Shown here: positions 25,600-37,400 of the stretch, in pieces
Layout of the letters: every line of letters starts with the position of its first letter
How positions within the stretch are numbered: position 1 is the first letter of the stretch
Assembly (NCBI RefSeq): GCF_964204865.1
Contig: NC_135250.1
Span: forward strand, 21,390,001-21,454,000
Source: Styela clava
Taxonomy: Eukaryota
DNA: 64,000 nucleotides
Reading direction: 5' to 3'
Program-made: the position numbers and the translations under genes
Notes under the pieces: generated by a model
What the model saw: the letters and a program-made list of their open reading frames with translations, nothing else
Databases searched by the model: none
What the model was told of the DNA's origin: nothing

Positions 25600-26415
25600 T
25601 CAACGATAATGGTGGGACACTTGAGCACATGTGATAAGAGTACTTTCATTTAATATGATAGCAGATTCGCCTTCAAACATTGCTTTCATTCCAAAAACGA
25701 TATCATGCTCCATATTCACGAATCTGAAAAAAAAAAAAAATATATATATATATATTATAAATATTATCTTTTTAAGTGAAATATAAGTTTTATATACGTT
25801 AATAGTAACTTACGTTAAACAAGGTATTTCCACTTGAAAACCTCTTTGAACTAAAGAGCTCATAAAACATGTAAATAAAACCTTGGCTTCACAAAAACAG
25901 AATATCTTTAACGGGAAGGTAATTAATTTAGGTTTTTGGTTTACTTTTACACGTCGTTGAATATTTACTGGTAATATTTTATTAAGTTGAAATAGTTCAT
26001 AAAAAAGTACTTTACATGAGATGTTACGTAACCCATGCAAATTCAAACTGGACAATGGTGAATAAATGAAGCGTCTTAATGCGTATTTAACCGCTAAGCG
26101 TTCAGTGTAGCAAAAACCGCTTAGTCCCATGTATGTAGAAAGATTAAATTCGGGGTGATTTGAAATAGTCATTGCAGTGAAAACGCATGATGCTAATAAT
26201 ACTTCTGTATGATACGAGAGTTTTTTGTTTTCATCATTTGAGCTGAAAGTTAACTCCTGAATATGTTTGATAATATTTTGTGTGATAGTTATTATTAACT
26301 TTTTAGGTAAAGAGAGTTTAAGAATAATGGGTTCGTGTATGTTCAGATATAAAGATTGCTGAATGTGATACACGATAACTTCGTAACACATATTCAACAA
26401 ATTAATGGGTTTCAT
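25600..26415 (-). CDS. Two-exon orphan protein (~240 aa) of the pPolB cassette
   Basis: The 201-codon ORF ends at a GTAAGT donor (25813). A 90-bp intron leads to TTTTCAG (25724), followed by an in-frame second exon FVNMEHDIVFGMKAMFEGESAIILNESTLITCAQVSHHYR*. No family recognised. Confidence 0.6.
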
Positions 26416-26527
26416 TTTAAATGTAAGACTTAAAAATAATACTTAACACATATACATGGAGAGATAATTAAAAAAAAAACGTTATGTTCAATTATTATTG
26501 ACGGCTTGATAAGCGGTGTACACTTGC

Positions 26528-26945
26528 TCTAAACAATCTCGACAAAGACGGGGCTAAGGAATAGGTGTTTCAGTAGAACTATCAGCGGTCCGTATTTTGC
26601 GTGGTCTTTTTTTACGGTGCTCTTTGTGGGTTCTTCTTTTCTTAGTGGTCTGTGATAAAATAATAATGCGATAAAAATCAACTCGTATAATTGCATACGC
26701 TATTAAGTAAAAAGTACCTTTTCTTACGCGGTGTTGGTAAAGTCTTACTACAGCATGGTACCTCTGTCTGTTTTTTCTCTTCAACAACAACTTCTGCCAC
26801 TGTTTCAATCGATTTAACTCTAAAATTTAGATTAAGTTATAAATTTAATAATTAAGTATTACCTTAACTAACCTTACTCTTGCTCAGACTCCAGTATTAC
26901 TTGACGTATGATATTATCTAACTCTTCTTCATCAGAAAACGACAT
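26528..26945 (-). CDS. Putative small spliced (probably three-exon) orphan gene
   Basis: ATG at 26945 (MSFSDEEELDNIIRQVILESEQ..). AT-rich intron-like gaps end in TTTTAG (~26820) and TCACAG (~26650), with charged or basic exons between. Exact splice sites are ambiguous. Confidence 0.4.
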
Positions 26946-27050
26946 TTTTTCAACTTGATAAAAAAAAATATATTAAACTAGTTACTTGGTAAAAAATTAA
27001 GTGTTACATAATAAAAAATTCACTCAGTAAAAATATCTCAAACGTTAAAT

Positions 27051-27365
27051 ATGCAACATTTACATATGTTCATGATCGTTTCAACTTTATTTACTGCTCA
27101 CTGTTTTATTATTAATAACAACTCGTTAGTCACTCGTATACCTTGTGATGACACTGACTGCGAGGAATTGAGTGGTGAAGTCTTCAGTACTGAAGTATTA
27201 AACGAAACCACGACTTTTTATCCTGAAAAAGTGGATCAAAATTTTCTTTATATATACGCCCCGTATTTATTTATTATTTTTTATTGTACTTCACTTATCT
27301 CATGCTTTTGGGCAATAATTTTAAGAAAAAATAAAAATAAAAACATTCATATTTGTAAAGCGTGA
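27051..27365 (+). CDS. Small putative type-I membrane protein (104 aa), divergently oriented
   Basis: Signal-like N-terminus (MFMIVSTLFTAHC), an acidic ectodomain with NxT sequon (NET), a hydrophobic segment (YIYAPYLFIIFYCTSLISCFWAIIL) and a basic tail RKNKNK. Confidence 0.55.
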   Translation: MQHLHMFMIVSTLFTAHCFIINNNSLVTRIPCDDTDCEELSGEVFSTEVLNETTTFYPEKVDQNFLYIYAPYLFIIFYCTSLISCFWAIILRKNKNKNIHICKA

Positions 27366-27368
27366 TAT

Positions 27369-27665
27369 GTTAACCTATTTTAAAATTGGGCAGTTTCAGA
27401 CTTGTGTTTGTAATGTTTTTGTATCAGTTAAAGGTCCATTTGAGTAAACATAGTATTAACCTACTATTTAAACGAGAAAAACATATTAAAATGTTTTAAT
27501 GCTAAAATAGGTTAAAAAGATATATTACACAGTCAGGTTAAAATTAATAAACCAATAAACAGAAAAAAGAATATATTTTTAAATCATGACCCATTAACCT
27601 ATTTAAGTTGAGCGTCTTCAGACTTGTTCTTTGTGATATACACATAAAAGTAATAACCTACTAAT
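27369..27665. repeat. Cluster of TTAACCT-based direct and inverted repeats at the edge of the pPolB cassette
   Basis: ttaacctattttaaaattgggcagtttcagacttgt (~27370) matches ttaacctatttaagttgagcgtcttcagacttgt (~27594). Also taacctacta at ~27457 and ~27654, and inverted aaaataggttaa at ~27505. Confidence 0.6.
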
Positions 27666-29199
27666 GATTGTTTTCCTGAAAATAAAATAAGTTTATTCAC
27701 ATAACATTAATCAAGTCAATTATTACTAGTTACTGAGTATGGCTGGGAATATATTCGAATATTCAACTATTAGAATGGCAATTCACTATTCGAAAATTTG
27801 GTAACAGGTGACGCGACAGGTCAAAACGATTGGATTTCACAACTCACTTGCGAATTTCCGACGGCGACGAAAACCCGAGCACACGCGTGGTGAGTTCGAA
27901 CAACGAGAAATAATTTTTTTTAGTAGATGTCAATGGTGGCAAACCAAATTTTCTAAATTGAAAAGTGGCAATACAAAAACTGAAAAAAAAAACGGAGAAC
28001 ACCATAACTTTTGTTTTATGATTGTACGCGACCGATTAAAAACGCTTCTTTAGACATTGCAAATCGCAAAATTTCGGGTGATACTGTAGTATTATATGTA
28101 CCAGGGCGTTTCCCCTTAGGCTTCCACATTGGTACATACAGTACTGGAGCGCCGTAAGTGTTGTAGGAACAGCTCAGTTTTGTTGAATTCACAAAAATAC
28201 GAATCAAAACAAAATATAATCGGGCACATTACCACGCATTTTTGTGACCACGGATTGTCATGATATTTTCTGATTAGTATTGCTCTTATTTCGTCAACAC
28301 AACCGCAGATTAAAATGATCACCATTAAATTAATAATGAAGTAAGGCGGTATTTTTGATTTACAAATATACTTAGATATATTTTTAATAATTACCAAATC
28401 AAGTTGTACTTTCTGGAAATTTATAGCAGATGATAGGATTTTTCTAACGACGATAACAAATTTGCAAGATCTCTAAGAATATGTATCAAAACTAAATATA
28501 TTCGAGCAATATGCTGGCAGATTGCTGTGGCATTTTAAAGAAGTAATGCTATCAGCTTGTCGTGAGTCGACTCAACCGCGAGTTACCAGGTACACAATTA
28601 AAATAGAAAGGCATTTTAAATTCTCGTCGTTGTCATGGATTGAATATAGTGCGATAGAAAAGGCCCATTATACACTAAAAAACCGACTCTGCTTACGGAC
28701 GCGTAATTGCGGCGAAATTCCGATTTTGAAATTCGTTCAAATTTCGTTGTGTTTGGTTTTATTGCTTCTTCACACGTACGGTTGCAATAAACGCACCTTG
28801 AGTCCGCACAGGATTTCGCCGGTGTGAAATTAGTCCGCGACCAAAAAAGGTTGGGAAACGCTGAATTAGACACTCGTTGACTCTTCAACCATTAAGTTAC
28901 TGCAATTTACACAGGCGATACTATCTGCCAAAACCCTATTTTATCTCAGGAACTCAATGCATTTCCGAACATCAGTACTAATTCCATTACAAGCAAGAAA
29001 GCAAACGTTCATATTAATTGTATCCGTTGCATCTGCCAATTTAAATTTTTAGGAGGCTTCAAGTAGACAGTTTCCCACGCCCAATGCTTTTTTTCCGCGT
29101 TTACCAATGTTTCTGTGTTTTACCAATGTTTCTGTGTTTCCAAAACTTGAAAATGTTTTAATTAAATAAAAACTTCCCACACATATCATTTATTCCGCG

Positions 29200-31030
29200 T
29201 GTGCCAAAATTCTTCGGTAGCTGTTATCTGTTAGTCGTCTGCGGTTTTTCTCCTGTTAATAATTTGAAAGCAAGCTCAAACAACACAAGTAAAGTCGAAT
29301 CTCAAATTTGTGAAGATTCAGAATACTCAATAAAGGTTGAACAATCTCAGATTTCTAATAAGCTTCCAACAGTTGAAGTGGATGTTTTATTGTTGACAGT
29401 GGTTCTAGTGTTAATATCCTAGACCATAGGTTCTCAAAGTGCTCCGTACGGAGCCCCAGGGCTCCGCGAGAAGAACCCACGGGCTCCGCGAACTATTCGA
29501 TTACTTTTCAAAATACGGACTTGGCTAATTTTGTAACTGTGCAAAGAAGCAATAACAGCTTTGATAAAATTTGACAATAATATAGCCCTGAAATATGGAA
29601 AAGAGGCGGAATTAAAAAATGACGTTATTTATGAGCTGGAGCGCAGGCAAGATTTTTAAAAGGATTCAAAATTGAAATCGGAAATTTCCGTGCAACATCA
29701 TTAGCAATTAAAAAAAAAAACGGATAACGAGATTTCTATTGCGTAAAATATTCAATACATGACCGATGCGAGTATTTAAAGTGTCTTGTCGTAATAATTT
29801 AATTGTGCTCATCGTTACTCACGTTTGATTCCAGATTACTATTAGGATTGCTAAAAAGAAAGAATACTATTCTGAAATAACATAAAATACGTGATAAAGT
29901 GTCAACTATAAATAATTGGAGTCGTATTTTTGCGATTTGTCAAACTTTATTTGTTCCTTCGCACTCGAGATTATTTTTAAGCAAGATAAGATCGCCGTTT
30001 GAAAAATTACAAGATCTGGGCAGAATACGAATGATGGAAATTTATTTTATTGCATGCGGCTCCGTTGGTATTTTCAGAATGGAAAAAAGGTACACGGTGC
30101 GCACAATTGACTGTGTTTCGACATCGCAGTTACTACGATGAAAAACAAAAAAAAAACTAACAAAACATCAAATTTTGTGATTTACAATGCCTATAAAAGC
30201 GTTTTTAATCTGACGTGAGTATAACATAATGCATGATTGCCACCAGGTAAAGTCATGTTGATAATAAATGAAGCACAACCGGTGTTAGCAAAACGATGTA
30301 ATTTGCCGACGTTTCGAATTTCTATACAGGAAAACTTCATCAGGCTTGATATGAAAAAAACACAAGTGGATATATATAGACCAAGAAAAAGAAAAAAAGG
30401 AAAAATATAAAAGAATTATCATGCACATTATTAGTGGCCTTTCAAGTCTTCCGAAAATGTCAAAAGGAAAAAGATTCGACTTCTAATTTATTAATATGTT
30501 TGTCAAGTGTCAAATTTACAGCGTTTTGTATATTTAAATTATTAAATTATGACTTGTGATAACCCTATTAAAAAAATTTTGCATTTAAGTTAGGTAAAGT
30601 ATTTTTAACTTACTCAGGAATATTAATCGGAAAGTACCAATTCTAACATTTATTTTGGAGCTCCGGGAATGATAGTCAACTTTTCAAGGGCTCCGCAACA
30701 CCAAAAGTTTGAGAACCCCTGTCCTAGACAACAAAGCGTATCAAGAAATACGGAGGAATACTTCCAAATGTTGTAGTTTATGTCCTGCTGATACAAAGTT
30801 ATTTGCTTATGGTAGTGAAAAACCACTTCAGTTAATTGGCGAATTTGCTGCAAATGTGACGTCAAATGATGGCTAGTAACTGAGTATTATAGTATATTTC
30901 ATGGTGTAGGAAAACTCAAAGGATATCAATTGAAGCTGAACATCGATAAATCTGTGGATCCAGTACATCAACAACACAGAAGAGTATCATTTAAAACCAA
31001 ATCGAAAGTGGAAAAAGCAATACAGAAATG
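29200..31030 (+). mobile_element. Second Ty3/Gypsy relic (protease to pre-RT linker), split by a MITE
   Basis: FIVDSGSSVNILD (aspartic protease motif, 29385-29424) continues after the MITE as LCPADTKLFAYGSEKPLQLIGEFAANV, then IFHGVGKLKGYQLKLNIDKSVDPVHQQHRRVSF. Confidence 0.8.
29425..30721. mobile_element. Non-autonomous hAT element, 1.3 kb
   Basis: TIRs cataggttctcaaa / tttgagaacccctg, a perfect 8-bp TSD tcctagac (29417-29424 and 30722-30729) and gggctccg subterminal repeats. Confidence 0.92.
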
Positions 31031-31384
31031 TATTTGTTTTAGTGTGCAGCAAGACTCTTGAATCACTTGTTATCTCTACTCTTGCTACAGCATCCTTGCA
31101 ATATATGCATACGGATTCACCGGCACAAAAGCATAGAAAAAGGAGAAGTAATTAGTCTCGCAGAAACCAAATAATCAAAAAACAATAGATGTCGGTTTTT
31201 ATATAATGTTTATTGAAAAATCTCGTGATTTTCTACAATGTAATTTTATTTTCGATAAATGAACACAAAAGACCTCTTTCAAAGAAAAGCCCATAGTGTT
31301 ATTCTTCAAAAGAAATTAAATCTAAATCCTGTCTAAATTTCGGGGAAACACGGTAAGGAGTGCTGTACAGTGTACAAAACTGCT

Positions 31385-31858
31385 ATACGTAAAAAAAACC
31401 ACATGGTCATTCTTTGTGTGGCAAATTTTTGTTCCTTTGAGAAGATCGTAAAAAAGAAACTTTCGAAGACCGAAGACTCATCAATCGTTAGGAGATCCCT
31501 CAAAACAGAAACTGCGGTTTCGATTCATGCCCTCTTACTCCATAGCGACATCGCGTGTCCCATCACTAATTAATCAATAACTCGCTAATTATACGACATA
31601 ATTCATCCAAAATTTATAGGCTTCTGATCCGAGATATGATGAATGCACATGCAATAATTGGAGCGGATTCAATCTTGCTTCCGTGAGATATCGAGTGTAT
31701 TTAACAGACAAACACACAAAGAGACAAATACCTATCAACATACTTACCGATCAAGATCGATAAGTAATTGATCAAAGCTTTCTACATCTTTTCGCGACCC
31801 ACTAAGTTTCCTTTTGCAACCCACCAGCGGGTCGCGACCCATAGTTTGGGAACCGCTG
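31385..31858. mobile_element. Second copy of the hAT MITE with nested HINE-like insert
   Basis: Colinear with 6030-6609 apart from a ~100-bp deletion. Ends in gtttgggaaccgctg. Confidence 0.8.
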
Positions 31859-31863
31859 ATAGA

Positions 31864-32119
31864 AAACGAGAATATCGGTCGGAGACCGAAGACTTATCGA
31901 TCTTAGATCGGTAATTAGTTAATAACCCGCTAATTATACGACATAATTAATAGGCTTCTGGTCCGAGGTAAGATGCATGCACATGCAAAATTTGGAGCAG
32001 ATTTAACCACGCGTTTGTGAGATATCGCGTTCATCTAACAGACAAACAGACAAACAGACAGACAGACAAACAGACAAATACCTATCAACATACTTACCGA
32101 TCTTAAGATCGATAAGTAA
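31864..32119 (+). mobile_element. Helentron/DINE-1-like non-autonomous element (HINE-like)
   Basis: The 5' end aacgagaa..ggtcggagaccgaagacttatcgatc is followed by an (ACAG/ACAA)n microsatellite. The 3' stem-loop tacttaccgatcttaagatcgataagta has an arm that is also an inverted repeat of the 5' cttatcgatc. No TSD; A/T flanks. Confidence 0.75.
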
Positions 32120-32169
32120 TTAACTGTAAAAGACCAATAATACCTCTTAGAGTTGGACCTTCCCTTGAG

Positions 32170-32890
32170 CCCCGGCCTCAAGGAATGCATGGAGAAACAA
32201 ATACAGTCCATGAAGGTAATAGAACAACATATTTCTGTAATTAAAGAGTCTTAATCCTTCCAATCAGACATGTGTGATGCGATTTCTGCCAAACAAAAAC
32301 CTATGGAAGAAAGCCTCACAAAATGCTGCAAAAGAATTCGTGAACTGAAAGACCAAGTTTAAGAGCTTGATGAAGAATTGTACTATACTATCAAAAAAGT
32401 AGAGGAACAAGAAAGGCGTTCAAGACTAGACATTGTGGACAATATTGAATGCACGGCCTAGCCCCTCTACCTCAATCGAGGATACAGACAAACTGGTATT
32501 GGAGAGGGGGAAATGATCCATGTTGCTATCAGGCCATCCCACGGTATGTTAGTCGTTGGGCCATCCGATATATCTGTCACCCATCGTTTCCCGTCTCAGA
32601 ACTCAAACAACTATAAGCCTATAATTGCCAAGTTTACAAAAGGAAAATTAGAAATAAAATCCTCAAGAATCGTCATCTCATTCGAACAGCTCGGAATATT
32701 ACATCCGTGTCAAATTTATCGAAAGCCTTCATGGTAGAAAATTGAACATACAAAAATAAAAATCTTTTTTACCAAGCGAAAGTGCTAAAAAACGGTGTGG
32801 ATATGCTTTCCTATGGACGTCCAATGGAAGGGTTTTGGTAAAAAAGAATAATGGAACGAATACTTTATCAATATTCACAGATTTTTTAGG
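32170..32890 (+). pseudogene. Degenerate LINE (CR1/L2-type) ORF1 relic
   Basis: Coiled coil (RIRELKDQV*ELDEEL..VEEQERRSRL), an RRM-like segment DISVTHRF..KPIIAKFT and C-terminal GYAFLWTSNGRVLVKK, the FP/L1-transposase-like ORF1 pattern. Contains stops and frameshifts. Confidence 0.75.
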
Positions 32891-33971
32891 GGTCAAGGGC
32901 CGAAAAACGTCAATTGCGCCACTAGTGTTCATGACGCGAAGCGTTCTTGATTTTCTGATATAATCTGGTTGGTCTTTTGTTGCTTTCTGCGCTGGCAAGC
33001 TGGGGAGATTTCTCGTTTTTTCACTAGTGCGGCTTGTTTTCATAAGTAGCGACCAAGTTGATTACAAGTAAATGTATCGTTGTTTAATTTTGTCACTAGC
33101 TTACATTGCGACCCATTAGTTCTGTGCCGGCAGTTGATTGTATCAATACATCATCTTCCGGTCTTCAGTGTTTCTCACTGCTTTACTGCCTTCACCTAAA
33201 AAAACTAACTTTAGGATAAACTATGGTTTAAGGTACTGTTGTTGAAAGGAGTTCTATCTAGATAAGTTCAACCATTTCTATTTTTTTTTAAAAAATGAAT
33301 AAGGAGGAATATCTGAATATGGTACCGTCGTACCGGTACCGTACCGGTATTCATTATGCTTAGCTGTATTGTTTTTTCAAAATACACTCCACAAAGCCAT
33401 AGATCAGTACCGGTAGGCTCTACCTTTATACTTGACTACTGGTAGAATTTTTTCACCGTAGGTGCATTGGCATTTATTCTACACGCTAAACCTCGAATTA
33501 ACTTTCTACAACCAGGGGTTAAAGCTATACAAACCACCAAAGTACGACACTCTGAAGACGTATTTGAGACCGAACGACCAGTGTGCGGCCACGGATTTCA
33601 AGCCTTGAACATCGTTCCTGCTGCGTCGAGACTAGGGCATACGCAGCCATACGTGGAAAAAATGGGTTTCTAATTGCGTTTTTGACCGTCATATACTTTA
33701 AGAACACAGTTATTTCAAACAAAATTCGTCAAAATATAAACAAAGCACCACATCACAGCAAGCGAACAGACAAAAACACGGTGGTCAAAAATTGGTCGAC
33801 AATGATATTATCGACGTATTGGAAATGCGCACCCCCCTTTTCCCCCTCCTTTAAATGTAGAAATGCGAAACTTTAAAGATGGTTAAAGGAAACACAACTC
33901 TACCCACCCGCCAAGTTTCATCTCTTTATCTCTTATATTTGTATGGATTTTCAGTTTCACGCAGCGACGTG

Positions 33972-34011
33972 ATTACGTCACTCGCATCGTAATTACGTCA
34001 CTCGCATCGTA
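33972..34011. promoter_or_regulatory. 20-bp tandem duplication containing two CRE/ATF-like TTACGTCA sites
   Basis: attacgtcactcgcatcgta occurs twice, about 450 bp upstream of the first CSRNP coding exon. Function is not demonstrated. Confidence 0.3.
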
Positions 34012-34461
34012 AGCCTCTTTCTCCCTGTGTGTCGCAGTTACACAGTGTGGAAAATGACTGTCTGAAGTTAGGGCAGTGAAGGATAACGGTCAGATGGCAA
34101 AAAAAATATTATTATTCTGGTAAAAATAGCCCAATTGACCCGAAATTTGCAGGGAATGTAAATTACCTCACACATGTTCTACCGAGCAATTTTGACGTTG
34201 TTTGGACATAAATAGTCGTGTTATCGATGAAAATATGGTGATTTTGTCTGAAGTTAGGTGCTTTTACGGTTATAAAACAGGTGGGTCTTCAAATTAGACA
34301 TTGTGATTTAATTGGTTAACTCTTCTTGATTTATGTATGCCTCAAAAGTATTTACAAAAAAATATAAACAGCATGTCCTTATTTTTTTGCAGATCTTTCG
34401 ACTCTAATATATTCTGATATAAGAGAAATTTACAGCAGTCTATGATTTTTTGATAATAATT

Positions 34462-37400
34462 ATGAGTTTAAATAATGATGGGTACTGTACCGGAAATCAG
34501 GAAACCATTGCAAAAATATCTTTGAATGAAACTCTTCAAACTGAAACTTCCAGTATTGCTATCAGTATATGTTCTGAACCAGTAGAAGAAAATAAGCAGA
34601 GCTCTTTTACAGAAATGCCTCTCAGCCTTGAGCTTCTTCCTGATGACCTCACATCATCAGATTCAATCCTTGGTAATGATATCAACTCTGATAAAACAGA
34701 AACTGAATGTACTGAGCCATCTTTTATGATATCAGAAGATTCCATCGCTCTCGGGGAAGCTCATTTTGAACCTTTTCCGGAACAAACTTCAACTTCGGTA
34801 TCATCATGTTTCAGCAGGAATCGTGAACTCGAATGTGATGATTCTCTAGATGCCTCATCGAGAGACATGAATAGTTTTCCAGCAACTTTTAAATCACTTG
34901 AGAAAGATGAGGATGAAGATGATATCTTTGTTATTGCTTCTGAAGAGTCTTCTATGGATTCGGGACTGGGATCGGTCGATTCTACTTACCCAAATAGCGA
35001 AGAAGAAAATACACTTTCGCCACCTACTATGGATAAACAGTCATCCCATGTTCATGGTAATAATGATTTTATGATATCAATTTTTTTGAATATTAGTCTT
35101 TCATTTAATAAGGTGTATGAACCCATCTGAAAATATATCATTAATACGCAGTCACAAACGATGAATGACTTTTCATGAGCTACTTGTAGACCTACTTAAG
35201 ATGAGATAGTCATAGTCAAGACTTGTTAAATTGTACCATATTGTATTAAGGGCTCCAGTCAACTATCATATTCTGATATCTGTATCAGGAATTGAGCAAG
35301 TATGACTGAACAGAATTGGCTATGCCTTACCTTGGTACAGCTGATTCTGCTATTTTATCCTCAATTTCTCTATTTGTATCAACTTTTTTTACATCGCTAA
35401 CAGGTACTCAGAATTCTAGTTCAACCAACCTCGGGGCTGACGAATTCTGTGATTGCTTGACTACAACTTCCAACACTGATTCAGCAAGACCAAAGAAGCG
35501 TAAACATGACTTGGATGGTATGATGTGTATCTCGTTCTGAAAATTTCCAAGCGATAACTGAAGGCTATAAGAATATAAACAGGCGCAATAAAATCGCCTC
35601 CAACCGTCATAAAATCACTAAGATGTTCTTTACTTGGCCTGGTATTGTTTAGATTGATGTAGAGAATTTAGTCGCTAATCCAGATTTCTTATTGCATGTA
35701 GCTAGGGATGGGCAATGTAGAATAATTTACTATTCTAGAATACTTAAATCGAATCCAGAATACCGAATCCTATTTTAATTTTATTATGGGGCTCCCGAAG
35801 TATGCGAACCAAGATGGCGGACATCGGATCGTAACATGGGTAACAGGTTAGGGTTAGGCGATAATTTTTTTCCAATTTTCCTTATTTTAGTCCTATTATC
35901 AGTTCGAAGACTAGCCAAGAGCCTCCCGTAGTATTTATACCTAAAATTATGGCCTAACCCTCCCCTAGTACACATTACATTCCGATGCCCGCCATCTTGG
36001 TTCGCATACTTCGGGAGCCCCTTTATTATTATTCAAATGTGGGAATTCTTCCACCTCATTGATGGATTACATATAAAAAAAAGCAAAATTGATTGGATTT
36101 TATTTGTTACCAAACAGGACAATGGAACATAAGAATTTTAACAAATTACTTTGTGCCTTGAATAGATCAAAGTTTATGTGATCCCTAAATACTTAATATG
36201 TTAAAATTAATAGCGCATTATCCGCCTTGATAATAAATTGTGAAATTACAATATGAAAAAACATCAAATTATTATTAATCTGAGAGCGGCGAAAACACAC
36301 AGGCCAAACCGAGGCCGCTGCAATTTATGTGGTCGCAATGGGTGCCGCCGTTCCTATGGCGCATTAATTAAAAGTGCAAAATAAATTTAACGACTATCGA
36401 TTATAATCAAGTATGTCAGCCTGTTTATTTTCTGCAAGCAAGACTTGTAAACTAACATTGATAGACAAATTATTTCTATTGCAAAATCGTAATTTTCAGT
36501 TAATATCATTATATATAGCCTGACCTGGCGATACGCTTTGCAAAATGTCTATCAATAGATAAGGCCGGATAGGAAAACTGTCTCCACCACAAGCGACAAC
36601 TTTTCCAATTTATTGTCAACTAACATACCGCCCGACATTCAACCAAACGTGTGTCCAGCTTGGGCGATAGGAACGGATTCATCGTCGACTTTAATTTTGT
36701 AAAGTATGGTATGTAATTTATTGGTAGTGCAAAATGAATGTTACAAAACGTCTTGTTTTGCGATATAACTTTGTATTTTTGGAAACGGGGTGTCGTAAAA
36801 ATAAAATTTGATCCTAATTAATCGCAAGTAATGTTTTATAGGTCTATCTAATGTCTGGTACATATCATTTTCCGAGAGAAATCAAAGGCCGCGGAAAGCC
36901 ATTTAATTTAAAATGAAAGAATGTTTCACATATTCCAAAAATTTGAGTTGGAACCATCAGGTAATCGGAAAATCTGCTCATGCCAGTAAGTCGGACTCTG
37001 CACCAATAATAATAATTATTATAAGCGAACTAGATAGTAAAATTGTAATACGCAAAAATGGTGCAATAACGTCGTCTTCGCGTTCTGAATATGCAAGCTG
37101 GCATTCAGTGTTTGATGTCTGCTGCTTTTGTGGATTCTTTGTGAGAAAACACAACGATAATCAAACGAGAGAGATTTCGTCGCGAGGGAGAACGCTTGTC
37201 GCTGATTATTAAAAAATGAGAAATCGAAACACAAAAATTTACGCACAGCGCCGAAGAGGCGGAAACCGGATCCTGTTATCGGATCCTTCTCGATTCGAAT
37301 CCTCCTCGATTTGAATCCTCCGGATTGGGTATTCTATTTTGCCCATCCCTACATTTAGCATACTTTTTGGTATCCGAGGATATCAAATAGACAGAAACAT

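Noticed and set aside
19955-27735. Complete Polinton/Maverick with TIRs (AG-repeat at ~19960, ..ACT at ~27734)
   Set aside because: The two ends are not reverse complements, no 6-bp TSD is evident, and the core capsid, ATPase and integrase genes are not recognisable.
35845-35862. Interstitial telomere (TTAGGG)
   Set aside because: Only about two units, and they are an internal part of a MITE.
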